A stretch of 34,076 nt of DNA, the filler included, from an uncultured virus (IMG/VR IMGVR_UViG_2049941000_000254) (lineage: Duplodnaviria; Heunggongvirae; Uroviricota; Caudoviricetes). It is 4 parts of one record of this genome, joined end to end, with 100 filler letters (N's around TTAATTAATTAA, not from the genome) between each part and the next. Parts side by side here need not be neighbours in the genome. Positions count along the whole stretch, not along the records: positions 1 to 21,352 come from IMGVR_UViG_2049941000_000254; 3 more parts are not named here. One strand, written 5' to 3'. Below are positions 10,530 to 19,634 of the stretch, piece after piece. The translations under genes and the position numbers were made by a program. The notes beneath the pieces are model-generated. The model was not told where the DNA came from. It did no database searches and saw nothing but the letters and a program-made list of their open reading frames with translations. Position 1 is the first letter of the stretch. Each line of letters opens with the position of its first letter.

Positions 10530-11839
10530 ATAAATGTATGCAGTGCGGAAACTAACCCATCTTTAGTGGGTGAGAGGAGCACTGCTTCCTCCATTATGTT
10601 GGAGTTGTTATGGCTAATTAAGTTAAGATGCTTATAGTTCACCGAACCAGCAAGGACATGCCCGGAAATATCCGATAGCGAGAAGTATCCCGACTGTCTT
10701 CGGCCATTCACGAAGCAAGGTCTTTCGGCATAAACCACGGAATCCATTAGTCTATATCCATGTACCTCTCGAGGTGCCTGGTTGTTCTTCCGGATTCCAC
10801 CCTTGATGATAGATGCCTTGTGGAGCTGCCTGTTGTTGGAACGAAGCTTGCGGATAATCCAGTAATGCCAGTTGGACTCGGCACCCGGATTACCACTGAT
10901 GCAGCGGGCATCAATCGCATGTTCCTTCGGAAGGCCTGCCTTGATGCGGGTATGCTTAGTGAGGTAGCCGTACGTCTTGTGGCAAGCGATGATATCACCG
11001 AACAGTTCTTTAAGTCGAACGAATACCGACTTCCGCATGATGCCCATCACTGCCGCATCCCTAAAGGAAGTCCCGCGCCTGGGATTCGTGGGGAGTTCGA
11101 TTTCGCCACGGTGATACTTCGCATGACATTCCGAGCACAGGGTGATGAAGTTGTTAGGTGCATCTCCGCCTGTCTTCCTGCTCTCGATGTGGTGGACATG
11201 CAGCTTATTGTCCTTGGACTTGCCCTTGCAGCACTGGCATTTATGTCCATCCCGGAACAACACGTATTCCCTTACGTTAGAAAATCCGAGTTGTTCTCCC
11301 TTCTGGTAGTCGGTCCCCTGAGGCAATGGAAGCCCCTGTTCCTGGGCCTTTAGTAGCTGGGTATCGAACTGTGCAGTCTCGACCGTTATCTTCTTGATAG
11401 GCAAGAACTTGCATATCTTCCGAATCCAGTAGATATGGCAATCCACCTTCTGCCGTATAGAAGGTGCAATCCACCCCGGCTTCTTGGAGCGGGTCCTGTT
11501 CAGGAACCTTGGCTTGCGGTAGCGGGTTTTCCTGTTCCTTCTGGTCCGACGGAACTCCCTTCGCGTGGAGAGCTTCTCCACGATATCCGACCTTAAAAGC
11601 AGTTCTGCCTCGAAAAGTACCTTTTTCTTTGTAGTCGCGGAGAAGCCTACATGCTTCGTCCCCGCGTCTACGCCTAGACTGACCTCCTGCACGCCGTTCG
11701 GCGTGTCGTAAGCAAGCTGGATTGTGAATGGACGGTAATCGACAACGACTGCATGACCTTTCCCGAGCAGACGGCGGACCCTGCCGTACCTGGTGGTAGG
11801 CATCAGAGGCTTGCCGTATTTGTTCAGTATATAGACCAT
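10526..11839 (-). CDS. iscB: IscB RNA-guided endonuclease (PLMP, RuvC, bridge helix, HNH)
   Basis: KPLMPT; RuvC-I LGVDAG; RREFRRTRRNRKTRYRKPRF; RuvC-II TVETA; HNH CQCC...HVHH...N..TLC..CH; RuvC-III HAIDA; catalytic residues look intact. Confidence 0.97.
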   Translation of the reverse strand: MVYILNKYGKPLMPTTRYGRVRRLLGKGHAVVVDYRPFTIQLAYDTPNGVQEVSLGVDAGTKHVGFSATTKKKVLFEAELLLRSDIVEKLSTRREFRRTRRNRKTRYRKPRFLNRTRSKKPGWIAPSIRQKVDCHIYWIRKICKFLPIKKITVETAQFDTQLLKAQEQGLPLPQGTDYQKGEQLGFSNVREYVLFRDGHKCQCCKGKSKDNKLHVHHIESRKTGGDAPNNFITLCSECHAKYHRGEIELPTNPRRGTSFRDAAVMGIMRKSVFVRLKELFGDIIACHKTYGYLTKHTRIKAGLPKEHAIDARCISGNPGAESNWHYWIIRKLRSNNRQLHKASIIKGGIRKNNQAPREVHGYRLMDSVVYAERPCFVNGRRQSGYFSLSDISGHVLAGSVNYKHLNLISHNNSNIMEEAVLLSPTKDGLVSALHTFI

Positions 11840-12122
11840 CTAGTCATCATCCTTTTATTTTAACCTAACTTAATAGGTAATGCAGAGCTTTCGCTCTGTG
11901 GGTGGTCATCGACAATGTTAGGAAGGCTTGTCGTGCCCGCAGCACTGTCCCTACCCATCAGGACTGTTTAACCACAAGCGGCAGGGCGGGGGACTTGACC
12001 GTACATCCCAGGGTGTCGTGACCTTCCTAACGTAGTTCAGGGATTACTCCCTTCACTGAGTCTAATCAACTATGAGCCTGAGTTACCTCAAACTCACGGG
12101 TTTTAGCCCGTGGGTAGTTGAT
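10530..12122 (-). mobile_element. complete IscB/omegaRNA IS200/IS605-superfamily element (copy 2), no TnpA, no target duplication
   Basis: ends defined by comparing copies: starts ATCAACTACCCACGGGCTAAA, ends hairpin...ATTTAT then ATGAA. Confidence 0.9.
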
Positions 12123-12140
12123 GATTACGTCTGACATTGT
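11855..12140 (-). ncRNA. omegaRNA (HEARO-like) of copy 2, 5' guide from flank ~12123-12140
   Basis: TCAACTACCCACGGGCTAAAACCCGTG hairpin, GTTGATTAGACTCAG, CTACGTTA, CATTGTCGATG motifs directly upstream of iscB; exact ends inferred. Confidence 0.9.
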
Positions 12141-12160
12141 GTTTCCTCGTTTATACTGCA

Positions 12161-12189
12161 AATGTAGCAAATAAAAGTATGCCCGGCAA
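12161..12189 (-). promoter_or_regulatory. promoter (leadered class) now reading into the omegaRNA guide
   Basis: TTGCCG-N17-TACATT, then GAGGA SD and ATG at 12137. Confidence 0.7.
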
Positions 12190-12480
12190 CTACATCGGTT
12201 TCAGTACAATCTGCGCGGTCGCTTCCATCACGACGAACTTTACCTCGTTACCATATTGCTGTATCATGGGTACCTTTCCCCAGCACCTGAAATATGTGTG
12301 TTCGGTATTCAGTTCGCGCCGTGCGACATGTGGCGCACTGTAATGCTTTGCCAACGAGATGTCATCGACCCATTGATGGATCGTCGGCGTGCATTTCCAG
12401 TATTTTATGAATCCACCGTCACCTGGCTTGTATGCGGCAATGACATAGAATGTGGTCGGGGCAATCTTGATTTCTTCCAT
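12190..12480 (-). CDS. hypothetical protein
   Basis: ORF track, AGGTGAG SD-like. Confidence 0.6.
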   Translation of the reverse strand: MEEIKIAPTTFYVIAAYKPGDGGFIKYWKCTPTIHQWVDDISLAKHYSAPHVARRELNTEHTYFRCWGKVPMIQQYGNEVKFVVMEATAQIVLKPM

Positions 12481-12590
12481 CTTCTCACCTAGACGATATA
12501 GTCGGTTACTGCGGTTTCAGTGACGGTCCCCTTGCGCCTATAGGCGAAGTGGGCCTGCCACTGATGCAACGGGCAGATCGNNNNNNNNNN

Positions 12591-13079
12591 CGTGCCGTAA
12601 GTAAGCTGGATTGTGAATGGACGGTAATCGACAACTACCGCACAACCTTTCCTGAGCAGACGGCGGACCCTGCCGTACCGTGTGGTAGGCATCAGAGGTT
12701 CGCCGTATTTGTTCAGTACATAGACCATCTAGTCGTTATCCTTTGTTTTTTGAACCTAACTTAATAGGTAATGCAGAGCTTTCGCTCTGTNNNNNNNNNN
12801 NNNNNNNNNNNNNNNNNNNNNNNNNNNNNNNNNNNNNNNNNNNNNNNNNNNNNNNNNNNNNNNNNNNNNNNNNNNNNNNNNNNNNNNNNNNNNNNNNNNN
12901 NNNNNNNNNNNNNNNNNNNNNNNNNNNNNNNNNNNNNNNNNNNNNNNNNNNNNNNNNNNNNNNNNNNNNNNNNNNNNNNNNNNNNNNNNNNNNNNNNNNN
13001 NNNNNNNNNNNNNNGTTCTCAGCAATTTGTTGTTCTCCTTGTTTCAAACTCACGGGTATTTAGCCCGTGGGTAGTTGAT
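12591..13079 (-). mobile_element. iscB: IscB element copy 3: 5' end, omegaRNA (mostly N) and iscB N-terminus (ATG 12728); rest lost at 10-N gap
   Basis: [25 protein letters not shown]...; ATCAACTACCCACGGGCTAAATACCCGTGAG end. Confidence 0.9.
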
Positions 13080-13591
13080 CGTTTAATCATGCTCCCAAGG
13101 TCCTTGATAAGTTCCATGTCATCGAATATATCCACGTCATGCCGTCTGTCCCTGAACCACTTGCTGTAATTTATAAGCCGTTCCGGATCGTCGGAGGTCT
13201 TCCACCCGTCTCCGGTGTGCGCCTCGAAGGAAACCGAACCGTTGGTAAACAGTATTCGGCCATAGAGCTGACCGCCATGGAAAAAATCGACTTCAAGGTC
13301 GCTTGTCTTGACTTCTTCCCATAACTGGCAGATATATTCCATCGTTTCGACATTTTTCAGCAGGGCGTTGAATTCCTTCTCCGCGGCAGGGAACGCCTGT
13401 ATCTTGGTAAGTTCCGGATCACCCTTGAAACGGTAGAGCTTGGTGAACACCACGCCGGCGGGGCCGCAGAACAGTTCACCTAGCGGCACATCCTTCCACC
13501 GAAGTTCCACGCAGGAACTGTCGCTGTCATCGACGGTGTTGCTGGTGTACGCAGCCTTCCACTTGTCACAATATATCTTCTTGTAATTCAT
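13019..13591 (-). CDS. hypothetical protein; last ~19 codons derive from IscB copy 3 end
   Basis: ...GSMIKR|STTHGLNTREF reads into the element. Confidence 0.7.
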   Translation of the reverse strand: MNYKKIYCDKWKAAYTSNTVDDSDSSCVELRWKDVPLGELFCGPAGVVFTKLYRFKGDPELTKIQAFPAAEKEFNALLKNVETMEYICQLWEEVKTSDLEVDFFHGGQLYGRILFTNGSVSFEAHTGDGWKTSDDPERLINYSKWFRDRRHDVDIFDDMELIKDLGSMIKRSTTHGLNTREFETRRTTNC

Positions 13592-13847
13592 TGGATGACG
13601 ATTCCACTATTTTTTGTATGTTCGGGTGGGAAGCAAGTGACAGCAGTTGCCCACCAAGGTCTTGCAGTACATGTCTGGCTTCACGGGCGAAATATTTTTC
13701 AATCGGATCTTCACAGTTGTCTTGAACCATTTCACATCGTGCCAGTGATGATATTACCTCCTCGACGACAAGCGGGCATTTCGTCTGCATCGCTTCCTTC
13801 GCTTTAATAAGTTGCTGGGAGGGTTTCATTGGCATTTCTTTGTTCAT
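13566..13847 (-). CDS. hypothetical protein
   Basis: ORF track, tight packing. Confidence 0.55.
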   Translation of the reverse strand: MNKEMPMKPSQQLIKAKEAMQTKCPLVVEEVISSLARCEMVQDNCEDPIEKYFAREARHVLQDLGGQLLSLASHPNIQKIVESSSNELQEDIL

Positions 13848-13854
13848 ATACTAC

Positions 13855-14139
13855 CTATCTATCGTTGTCGTACCATGCGTAATACCGGTTCGTACCGGGT
13901 TCCATTGCAAATGAGTTATACTTACCGTATAAAGATTCCATCAAGTCCCAGTCATCACCGGCTATCAGATCTATTGCGTCGATGAAGCTGTTGCGTGGAA
14001 TTGGTAGAAGCTGTTTCATCATGTCCAGCTTCTTGTCCGTTGGGGAAATGTAATGTACGGATTCATCCACCATGAGGAAATCATGTGCCTTATGGATGCC
14101 GTCGTTCATCTGATATACAATGTTGGATAATGTAAGCAT
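13855..14139 (-). CDS. hypothetical protein
   Basis: ORF track, tight packing. Confidence 0.6.
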   Translation of the reverse strand: MLTLSNIVYQMNDGIHKAHDFLMVDESVHYISPTDKKLDMMKQLLPIPRNSFIDAIDLIAGDDWDLMESLYGKYNSFAMEPGTNRYYAWYDNDR

Positions 14140-14141
14140 AG

Positions 14142-14510
14142 TTAGATTGGGTTGATCTTTTCAACACGACAGTTGAACATGATGTTTTCCCCTGTGCACG
14201 TGACGGATGATGTTGATGTCCAGTTTATCTTTAGTCCGGTGTCGGCAGGCAACTCGTCTATTGTCGATTTCATGAATAACAGGGCATCCTTCTTTCGGCA
14301 ATAAAATTGCTGCCCGTGCATTGTCCGATATACCCCTTCTTTGATGAAGGTAGTGTCACTGGTTACCATGAAGAAGCACTTGCCGTGCTTTACTTCCAGT
14401 AGTGCCCTGGATAGCTTTTCAACCTCGTTTTGCAACCGTGTATTATCGGCAACGAGGCTCTTGTTTGGTTTTTCTCGTGTCATGTAGTGAATATAGTAAA
14501 AAGACCCCAT
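14142..14510 (-). CDS. hypothetical protein
   Basis: ORF track. Confidence 0.55.
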   Translation of the reverse strand: MGSFYYIHYMTREKPNKSLVADNTRLQNEVEKLSRALLEVKHGKCFFMVTSDTTFIKEGVYRTMHGQQFYCRKKDALLFMKSTIDELPADTGLKINWTSTSSVTCTGENIMFNCRVEKINPI

Positions 14511-14576
14511 TGTGGCAATATCGAAAAGTTATAAGCTATAGGTATTCGCGAATAAACAATAACTATGGAGAACTCC

Positions 14577-15408
14577 ATGAACACANNNNNNNNNNGCCAA
14601 GCTGGAAAGCATGACCACCACCGAGAAGGAAAAGGAATTCATCAATTCCGCCCGCGGAATGTTTGCCAAGTGTATCCAGCTTGAAGCAGGTGGTACCGCT
14701 GCCACCGGCGATGTCCAGATTTCCAACGGTACTTCCCCGGCATTCACCAGCGGTTCAATGCCACATAATGGCCCGAAGCGCAGACCGATGACGCCGGAAC
14801 AGAAGGATGCTTTCAATGCCGACGTGGATGCACGCAACCGGCAGTGGAAGAAGCAGCTTGGTAGCATGAAGCGCCGTGTCAAGACTGCCGAAAACACTCT
14901 TGAACAATATGCCGAAATTGCTCCGGGTGAACTGGATGCCTGGGTGGAGAACACTCTCCGTCCGACCATCGAAGAATACCTCGACAGCGAAGAAGGCGGT
15001 CTCGTCTGGGCCGACGAAAACAAGAAGACCGTCAAGAGGGAACGCGGTGCCGGTGGTTTCGTTACTCCGGCCATGAAGCGTGCCAAGTACGAAGATGACA
15101 AGAAGGCCTACGTCGAACAGCTCAAGGCCAAGAAGGCCAAGGAAGAGGAATCCAAGAAGGCCAAGGATGCCGAAGTAGCCAAGGCCCAGGAAGCCGAAGC
15201 CAAGGAAGCCCCGAAGGACGAACATAAGGGTGAACCAGAAAAGAAAAAAGGCTTCTTCAGCCGCATGAAGGCCAAGCTGTTCGGTGAATCCATCGATGCG
15301 TCCGAACTCCGTTCCTGCTTCGAAAGCGTGTTCGGCAACTCCGAACATCTCCCTGATGAAGCCATCCGCGCCATCTGCTACAACGCAGTTGAACGTAAGT
15401 TCCGCTAA
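14577..15408 (+). CDS. charged hypothetical protein with strong codon bias; true start probably ATG 14577, before the gap
   Basis: GGAG SD at 14568; continuous ORF after gap; followed by terminator. Confidence 0.7.
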
Positions 15409-15426
15409 TCTGGAAAGCAATTAACC

Positions 15427-15458
15427 AGAAAGCACCGGCAGACACCGGTGCTTTTCTT
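15427..15458 (+). terminator. bidirectional intrinsic terminator
   Basis: AGAAAGCACCGG-cagaca-CCGGTGCTTTTCT between convergent genes. Confidence 0.8.
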
Positions 15459-15852
15459 ATTAGTTAGTTTCTATCTTATTAGTCATCCTTTTCCGGTTTC
15501 TTCATTCCTTCGATATTCTTGTAGGCGTACATGCAGACATNNNNNNNNNNNNGCTCCTTTGTAATCCGTTCAACGATAAAATCGACATGCGAGCGAGCAT
15601 GATGGAACGAATCAACACAGTGACGATAGTTATTCTCACATAATCTTTCATAGGCGCACATTACTTCCTTCACGCTAAACATCTGTGGATTGAGCGCAAT
15701 GAGGTTGCTTGCCCAGTCAGCATCGGTCACCGTGATGTCGATTTTTTCTTCCTTCTTGATCCAGGCCACCTCAGCCGAGAACGGCGAATCGTCCCTTCTG
15801 AACAATTCAGTACCAATCTTGACCAAGTCATACTTGTCGTATGAAGTATCGC

Positions 15853-16563
15853 CTAAGAAGTCAAATGGGGATTTTTACCATCATTATCATCCGGGGCTTC
15901 ACCAATTACGATATCTGGCGCAAGCGGCACAGCTAGACACTTGCTTTCCCAGAACTCATGGTAATGCCCCATTGGCGTGCCGGTATAATGGGCGTCCGTC
16001 ATGACGAATCTCAGGTGATGCCGATATTTGTATTCACGACATACGCTCATCAAGAAACGGTCATTAGTATCAAGCCGTTCAACAGTATAGAAGATTGTAC
16101 GGTCACCAAACTTAATCTTCTTCCCATCCCCGCTCAACTTGATGAACTTACTCCCAGTCCACTCATGGATGATATTGTACACTCGGGTAGCAATGGGGAA
16201 AGCAGTGAGGATCAGCTGCAATTCGCGAATTGCTGCCAAGATTTCAATTCGCTTGGCATAGGATGCGCTGCTCTTGAAACTTGCCAGTATGCTGCGCAGT
16301 TTTTTAACACGGTCCGGGTCATAGGTCGCCGGGGCCTTCATTTTCAACAGCACATCGTCGATGTACTTCTGCACGACCGCCTTTCGCGCATTGTACTGGG
16401 CCATTTTGGCCTTATGCAATGCCTCCTCGGTCTGGTCGCATTCCTTCTCTGGACCATAGCAAGAGTTTTCTTCTTGCACTTCAGGTTGATCTCGGCACAG
16501 TCGATATCACCCTGAAACTTAGCAGCGGCCTTCTCAATGTCCGTGGTAATACTCATTTTCATT
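15853..16563 (-). CDS. hypothetical coding region (15853-16479 frame plus upstream MKMSITTDIEK frame; possible frameshift or overlap)
   Basis: ORF track; GAGGA SD before ATG 16563 in a different frame from the long ORF. Confidence 0.5.
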
Positions 16564-16566
16564 TCC

Positions 16567-17055
16567 TCACCAGTCAGAAACCATTCCTTGGCAGACATAC
16601 TCGGTGTTCTGGGTAATCCTCATCGCCCTCACATAGTCGCGCCGAACCCTTTTGAGCTTTCGTTCCAAGGTGGCCATCTCTTCCTTGTAGAAACGTTCGG
16701 CAAAGCTGATTTCCTTCTCGGGGAGCTCATCATACACGGTGACTTCGTAATTGCCGGGCCAGTCGATGACATAATGCTTCCACTCATTTATGCCAGGCCA
16801 TGTACCAGGGCCGATAATGGACAGCATTCCCCTGGACTTGATTTTCATGGAGGCACGATGGGTGCATGCATCATGGTCGATTATACACTTGCCGGGACGG
16901 ATGTAGAACACATTGTCACCGTGTGAATACCCGAGTTCCACGATTTTGATGATGCAGCCCTTGTTTTCCGAAATTACCTTGGAAAGCGATCTCAACTTAT
17001 CGACACGCTCGGTCGAGTCGTAGGCTAAAGTCATTTTTGCAAGCAGTTTTGCCAT
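16567..17055 (-). CDS. hypothetical protein
   Basis: AGGAG SD, ORF track. Confidence 0.65.
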   Translation of the reverse strand: MAKLLAKMTLAYDSTERVDKLRSLSKVISENKGCIIKIVELGYSHGDNVFYIRPGKCIIDHDACTHRASMKIKSRGMLSIIGPGTWPGINEWKHYVIDWPGNYEVTVYDELPEKEISFAERFYKEEMATLERKLKRVRRDYVRAMRITQNTEYVCQGMVSDW

Positions 17056-17063
17056 TCTTACTC

Positions 17064-18005
17064 CTACAATTTGATGTCCGGCTGCCAGGTGAAGATTTCA
17101 TCGCCGGGCTTCACGAAACGAGTGTCCTGGCATGCCACGAGACTTCCCTCGCACGGGGCCTTGAACACGGCATCGTCCGGGTTGTCGCTGTCCGTGACCA
17201 TGGTGGCGAACACCTCGCCTTCCTTCATCTTGACGGTGTGGGCGAACTTCACCTCGTCGATAAGGCCATACGCACGGGCATAGATGGGCATTGCAAGCAG
17301 GTGTGGAGGGAGCACGGGGCCCTTTTCAAACTTGGGCATGAGAAAATCGACCATATGCACCAAGGTCTTGAGGAACGCCGTCTGGTCAATCATGACCGAG
17401 GCATCATTCCGGCTGACCGTCATCCCGCCAAGTTCAACCGTGAAACCGGTCTTGCCGTGGTCGATGGCGTACTTCTTGATGGTACTGGTCTGGGATTCCC
17501 ATACCATGTAGTTAGGCATGTGTATTTCGTTCAGGAACTTGACCGTGGATGCGGTGTACTCGTCGTTGTTGAGGAGCACGATGTTGTCGCATGCCGGGGA
17601 GTTGTGAACGTCAATCACCACATCGGCATTGGTGATGGCATTCTCGATAAGAAGTTTAATGTCGGTCGCTTCTTCCTTCTCCACGCCAGAAACATGGTTC
17701 ATAGTGAATACACGGTTGAAGTCCACCGGCTTGTCCTTCGGAATAGGATCCGGATGCACATCGGTACGGCTTGCCCATTCGCGCTTGTTCTTCAACAGGC
17801 CCCACTTGTTCACGCCGAGAATGAATCGTATGTCGTGCTTGTTGCGGCACTTGGGATCACGTTCCTGCTTTAACTCCTGATAAACACGGTACGCGGCAAG
17901 AACGGCATTATGCTCATTGCCGTGCACGCCGGCAACGATGAGAATCTTGCGCGGATCACCGTCCGTTTCATAGGGCGCATCGGCGGTTATATGCGAGGTC
18001 AATGT
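17064..18005 (-). CDS. succinylglutamate desuccinylase/aspartoacylase (M14) family Zn hydrolase with C-terminal barrel-sandwich domain; 5' end in gap
   Basis: AGVHGNE, DFNRVF, VIDVHN, FTVELGG motifs; 'FKAPCEG...FVKPGD' C-terminus. Confidence 0.85.
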   Translation of the reverse strand, partial: TLTSHITADAPYETDGDPRKILIVAGVHGNEHNAVLAAYRVYQELKQERDPKCRNKHDIRFILGVNKWGLLKNKREWASRTDVHPDPIPKDKPVDFNRVFTMNHVSGVEKEEATDIKLLIENAITNADVVIDVHNSPACDNIVLLNNDEYTASTVKFLNEIHMPNYMVWESQTSTIKKYAIDHGKTGFTVELGGMTVSRNDASVMIDQTAFLKTLVHMVDFLMPKFEKGPVLPPHLLAMPIYARAYGLIDEVKFAHTVKMKEGEVFATMVTDSDNPDDAVFKAPCEGSLVACQDTRFVKPGDEIFTWQPDIKL

Positions 18006-18335
18006 NNNNNNNNNNNNNNNNNNNNNNNNNNNNNNNNNNNNNNNNNNNNNNNNNNNNNNNNNNNNNNNNNNNNNNNNNNNNNNNNNNNNNNNNNNNNNNN
18101 NNNNNNNNNNNNNNNNNNNNNNNNNNNNNNNNNNNNNNNNNNNNNNNNNNNNNNNNNNNNNNNNNNNNNNNNNNNNNNNNNNNNNNNNNNNNNNNNNNNN
18201 NNNNNNNNNNNNNNNNNNNNNNNNNNNNNNNNNNNNNNNNNNNNNNNNNNNNNNNNNNNNNNNNNNNNNNNNNNNNNNNNNNNNNNNNNNNNNNNNNNNN
18301 NNNNNNNNNGAACGGTCACATCCTTGAAAAACGGA

Positions 18336-18806
18336 TTACTTTTCGACATTATCTTCTTCCAATTCGGGGTCATAGGTGTTCTCGACCATCATGGCAAGGT
18401 CCAGCTCCTCGTTGAACTGTTCAAGCTGACTCATTGAAGCATGCTTCAGGTCGAAACTGATAAAAACGGGGATGCTGTCCTCGCTCAGGTTGGCGAGAAG
18501 GTTCAGCAGTCGCTTACGGCGCCAACGGGGAATATCCGTGATGGGATATTCCTTTGTACGGTCCAGAAAGGACCCTGGACAATAGTCGATTGCCTTGGAA
18601 ATCTTCTCACCCAAGGCCTTGCGGAACTGGTTAACCTTGTCCTGGGTGCCAACAAGAGGTACCTTGCGGATAGTAGGTTCCACACCTTCAAGGGCGAATT
18701 CGGCAACGGCATGGTCAACACTGCTGAAATTGATCTCATCATGGAGCAGGAACAGCCATTCCGTCACCGTATTGCCTTCGGCATCGGTGTAGACGACGGT
18801 GCCACG
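18336..18806 (-). CDS. hypothetical protein (5' end at gap)
   Basis: frame open from gap: RGTVVYTDAEGNTVTEWLF... Confidence 0.55.
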   Translation of the reverse strand, partial: RGTVVYTDAEGNTVTEWLFLLHDEINFSSVDHAVAEFALEGVEPTIRKVPLVGTQDKVNQFRKALGEKISKAIDYCPGSFLDRTKEYPITDIPRWRRKRLLNLLANLSEDSIPVFISFDLKHASMSQLEQFNEELDLAMMVENTYDPELEEDNVEK

Positions 18807-18816
18807 NNNNNNNNNN

Positions 18817-18944
18817 CTGAACCTATATACACCAAGTTTATAACAATATACAAAATTTTATACCGGTTTGCAACATAAAATTACAATATTTTCATGTGGA
18901 TTTTGATAGAAGTGAGTAAGTTTGGGTAGATTTTAGGTTAGCTG
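18817..18944 (+). mobile_element. AT-rich mini-element sharing the terminus of the TnpB element (putative non-autonomous IS607-like MITE)
   Basis: GTGAGTAAGTTTGGGTAGATTTTAG (18912-18936, +) vs GTGAGTAAGTTTGAGTAGATTTCAG at the tnpB 3' end (-): 23/25 identical. Confidence 0.6.
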
Positions 18945-19092
18945 TTGGCAACCCGTATCCACCGGTACAGTTGATTGTCCGGCAGAATTCGTACAGTTTC
19001 TGACTATGCTCGCGGGTCTTCAATTCCGGCCCGAGGACGGCCGACTTGGCATCGCACCGAATGCGCCCATCGCTCGTTTTCCNNNNNNNNNN

Positions 19093-19459
19093 TGATGGAA
19101 AGGGGCCACGATGGGTTCATGGTATGCGCCCTCCGGCGTTTATCTATTCCACATAGGTAGAAACCGTTAAACGGTTCAATGTTACGCCAGCACCAGTGCA
19201 TGAAATTCTGGTCAGCAGCGTCACCCAGACTTGGCCCAAGTACCCAATCGATACTAGTGGGACTGCTGCCGTTACTTATCTGGAGTACCAGTTCCATTTC
19301 CCGGCATACCTTTGCCTGGGACATGGCGTGGTCCCATTCCTCGGGCGTAAGGCCATTGGGCGCCAGGCCCGGACGCTTCTTGCCACTGACAAGTCGAACA
19401 ACCTTCATGATGAATGCAGTGATTATCATGGTAAAGATGGACATATTGAAGTATTTCAT
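19093..19459 (-). CDS. hypothetical protein with N-terminal hydrophobic segment (3' end in gap)
   Basis: AGGAGG SD, ATGA overlap. Confidence 0.6.
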
Positions 19460-19602
19460 TTATCCTCCTGGCCAAGCAGTTCATAGTAGCGACCGACAAT
19501 ATGCAGGATATCTGTGCGTGTCATAATATCTTCCAACTTGGAAACATCCCCGACTTTTATACCATCTGGAAGATCCCATGAAATTGTTGAAGTATGGCTG
19601 AA
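19456..19602 (-). pseudogene. 3' remnant of host gene interrupted by the TnpB element
   Basis: open frame FSHTSTISWDLPDGIKVGDVSKLEDIMTRTDILHIVGRYYELLGQEDK*, no own start, TGA overlaps next ATG. Confidence 0.55.
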
Positions 19603-19634
19603 CCGTTGACTGAAATCTACTCAAACTTACTCAC
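19603..19634 (-). mobile_element. probable right end of the TnpB element, IS607-like
   Basis: short direct repeats GTAAGTTTG/GTAGATTTC then ...TCAACGG ending in GG; shared with 18912-18936. Confidence 0.55.

Noticed and set aside
12489..12728. Short IscB fusion ending ...TAVTDYIV
   Set aside because: The two halves are joined only through a 10-N gap; the distal part is the end of an unrelated gene
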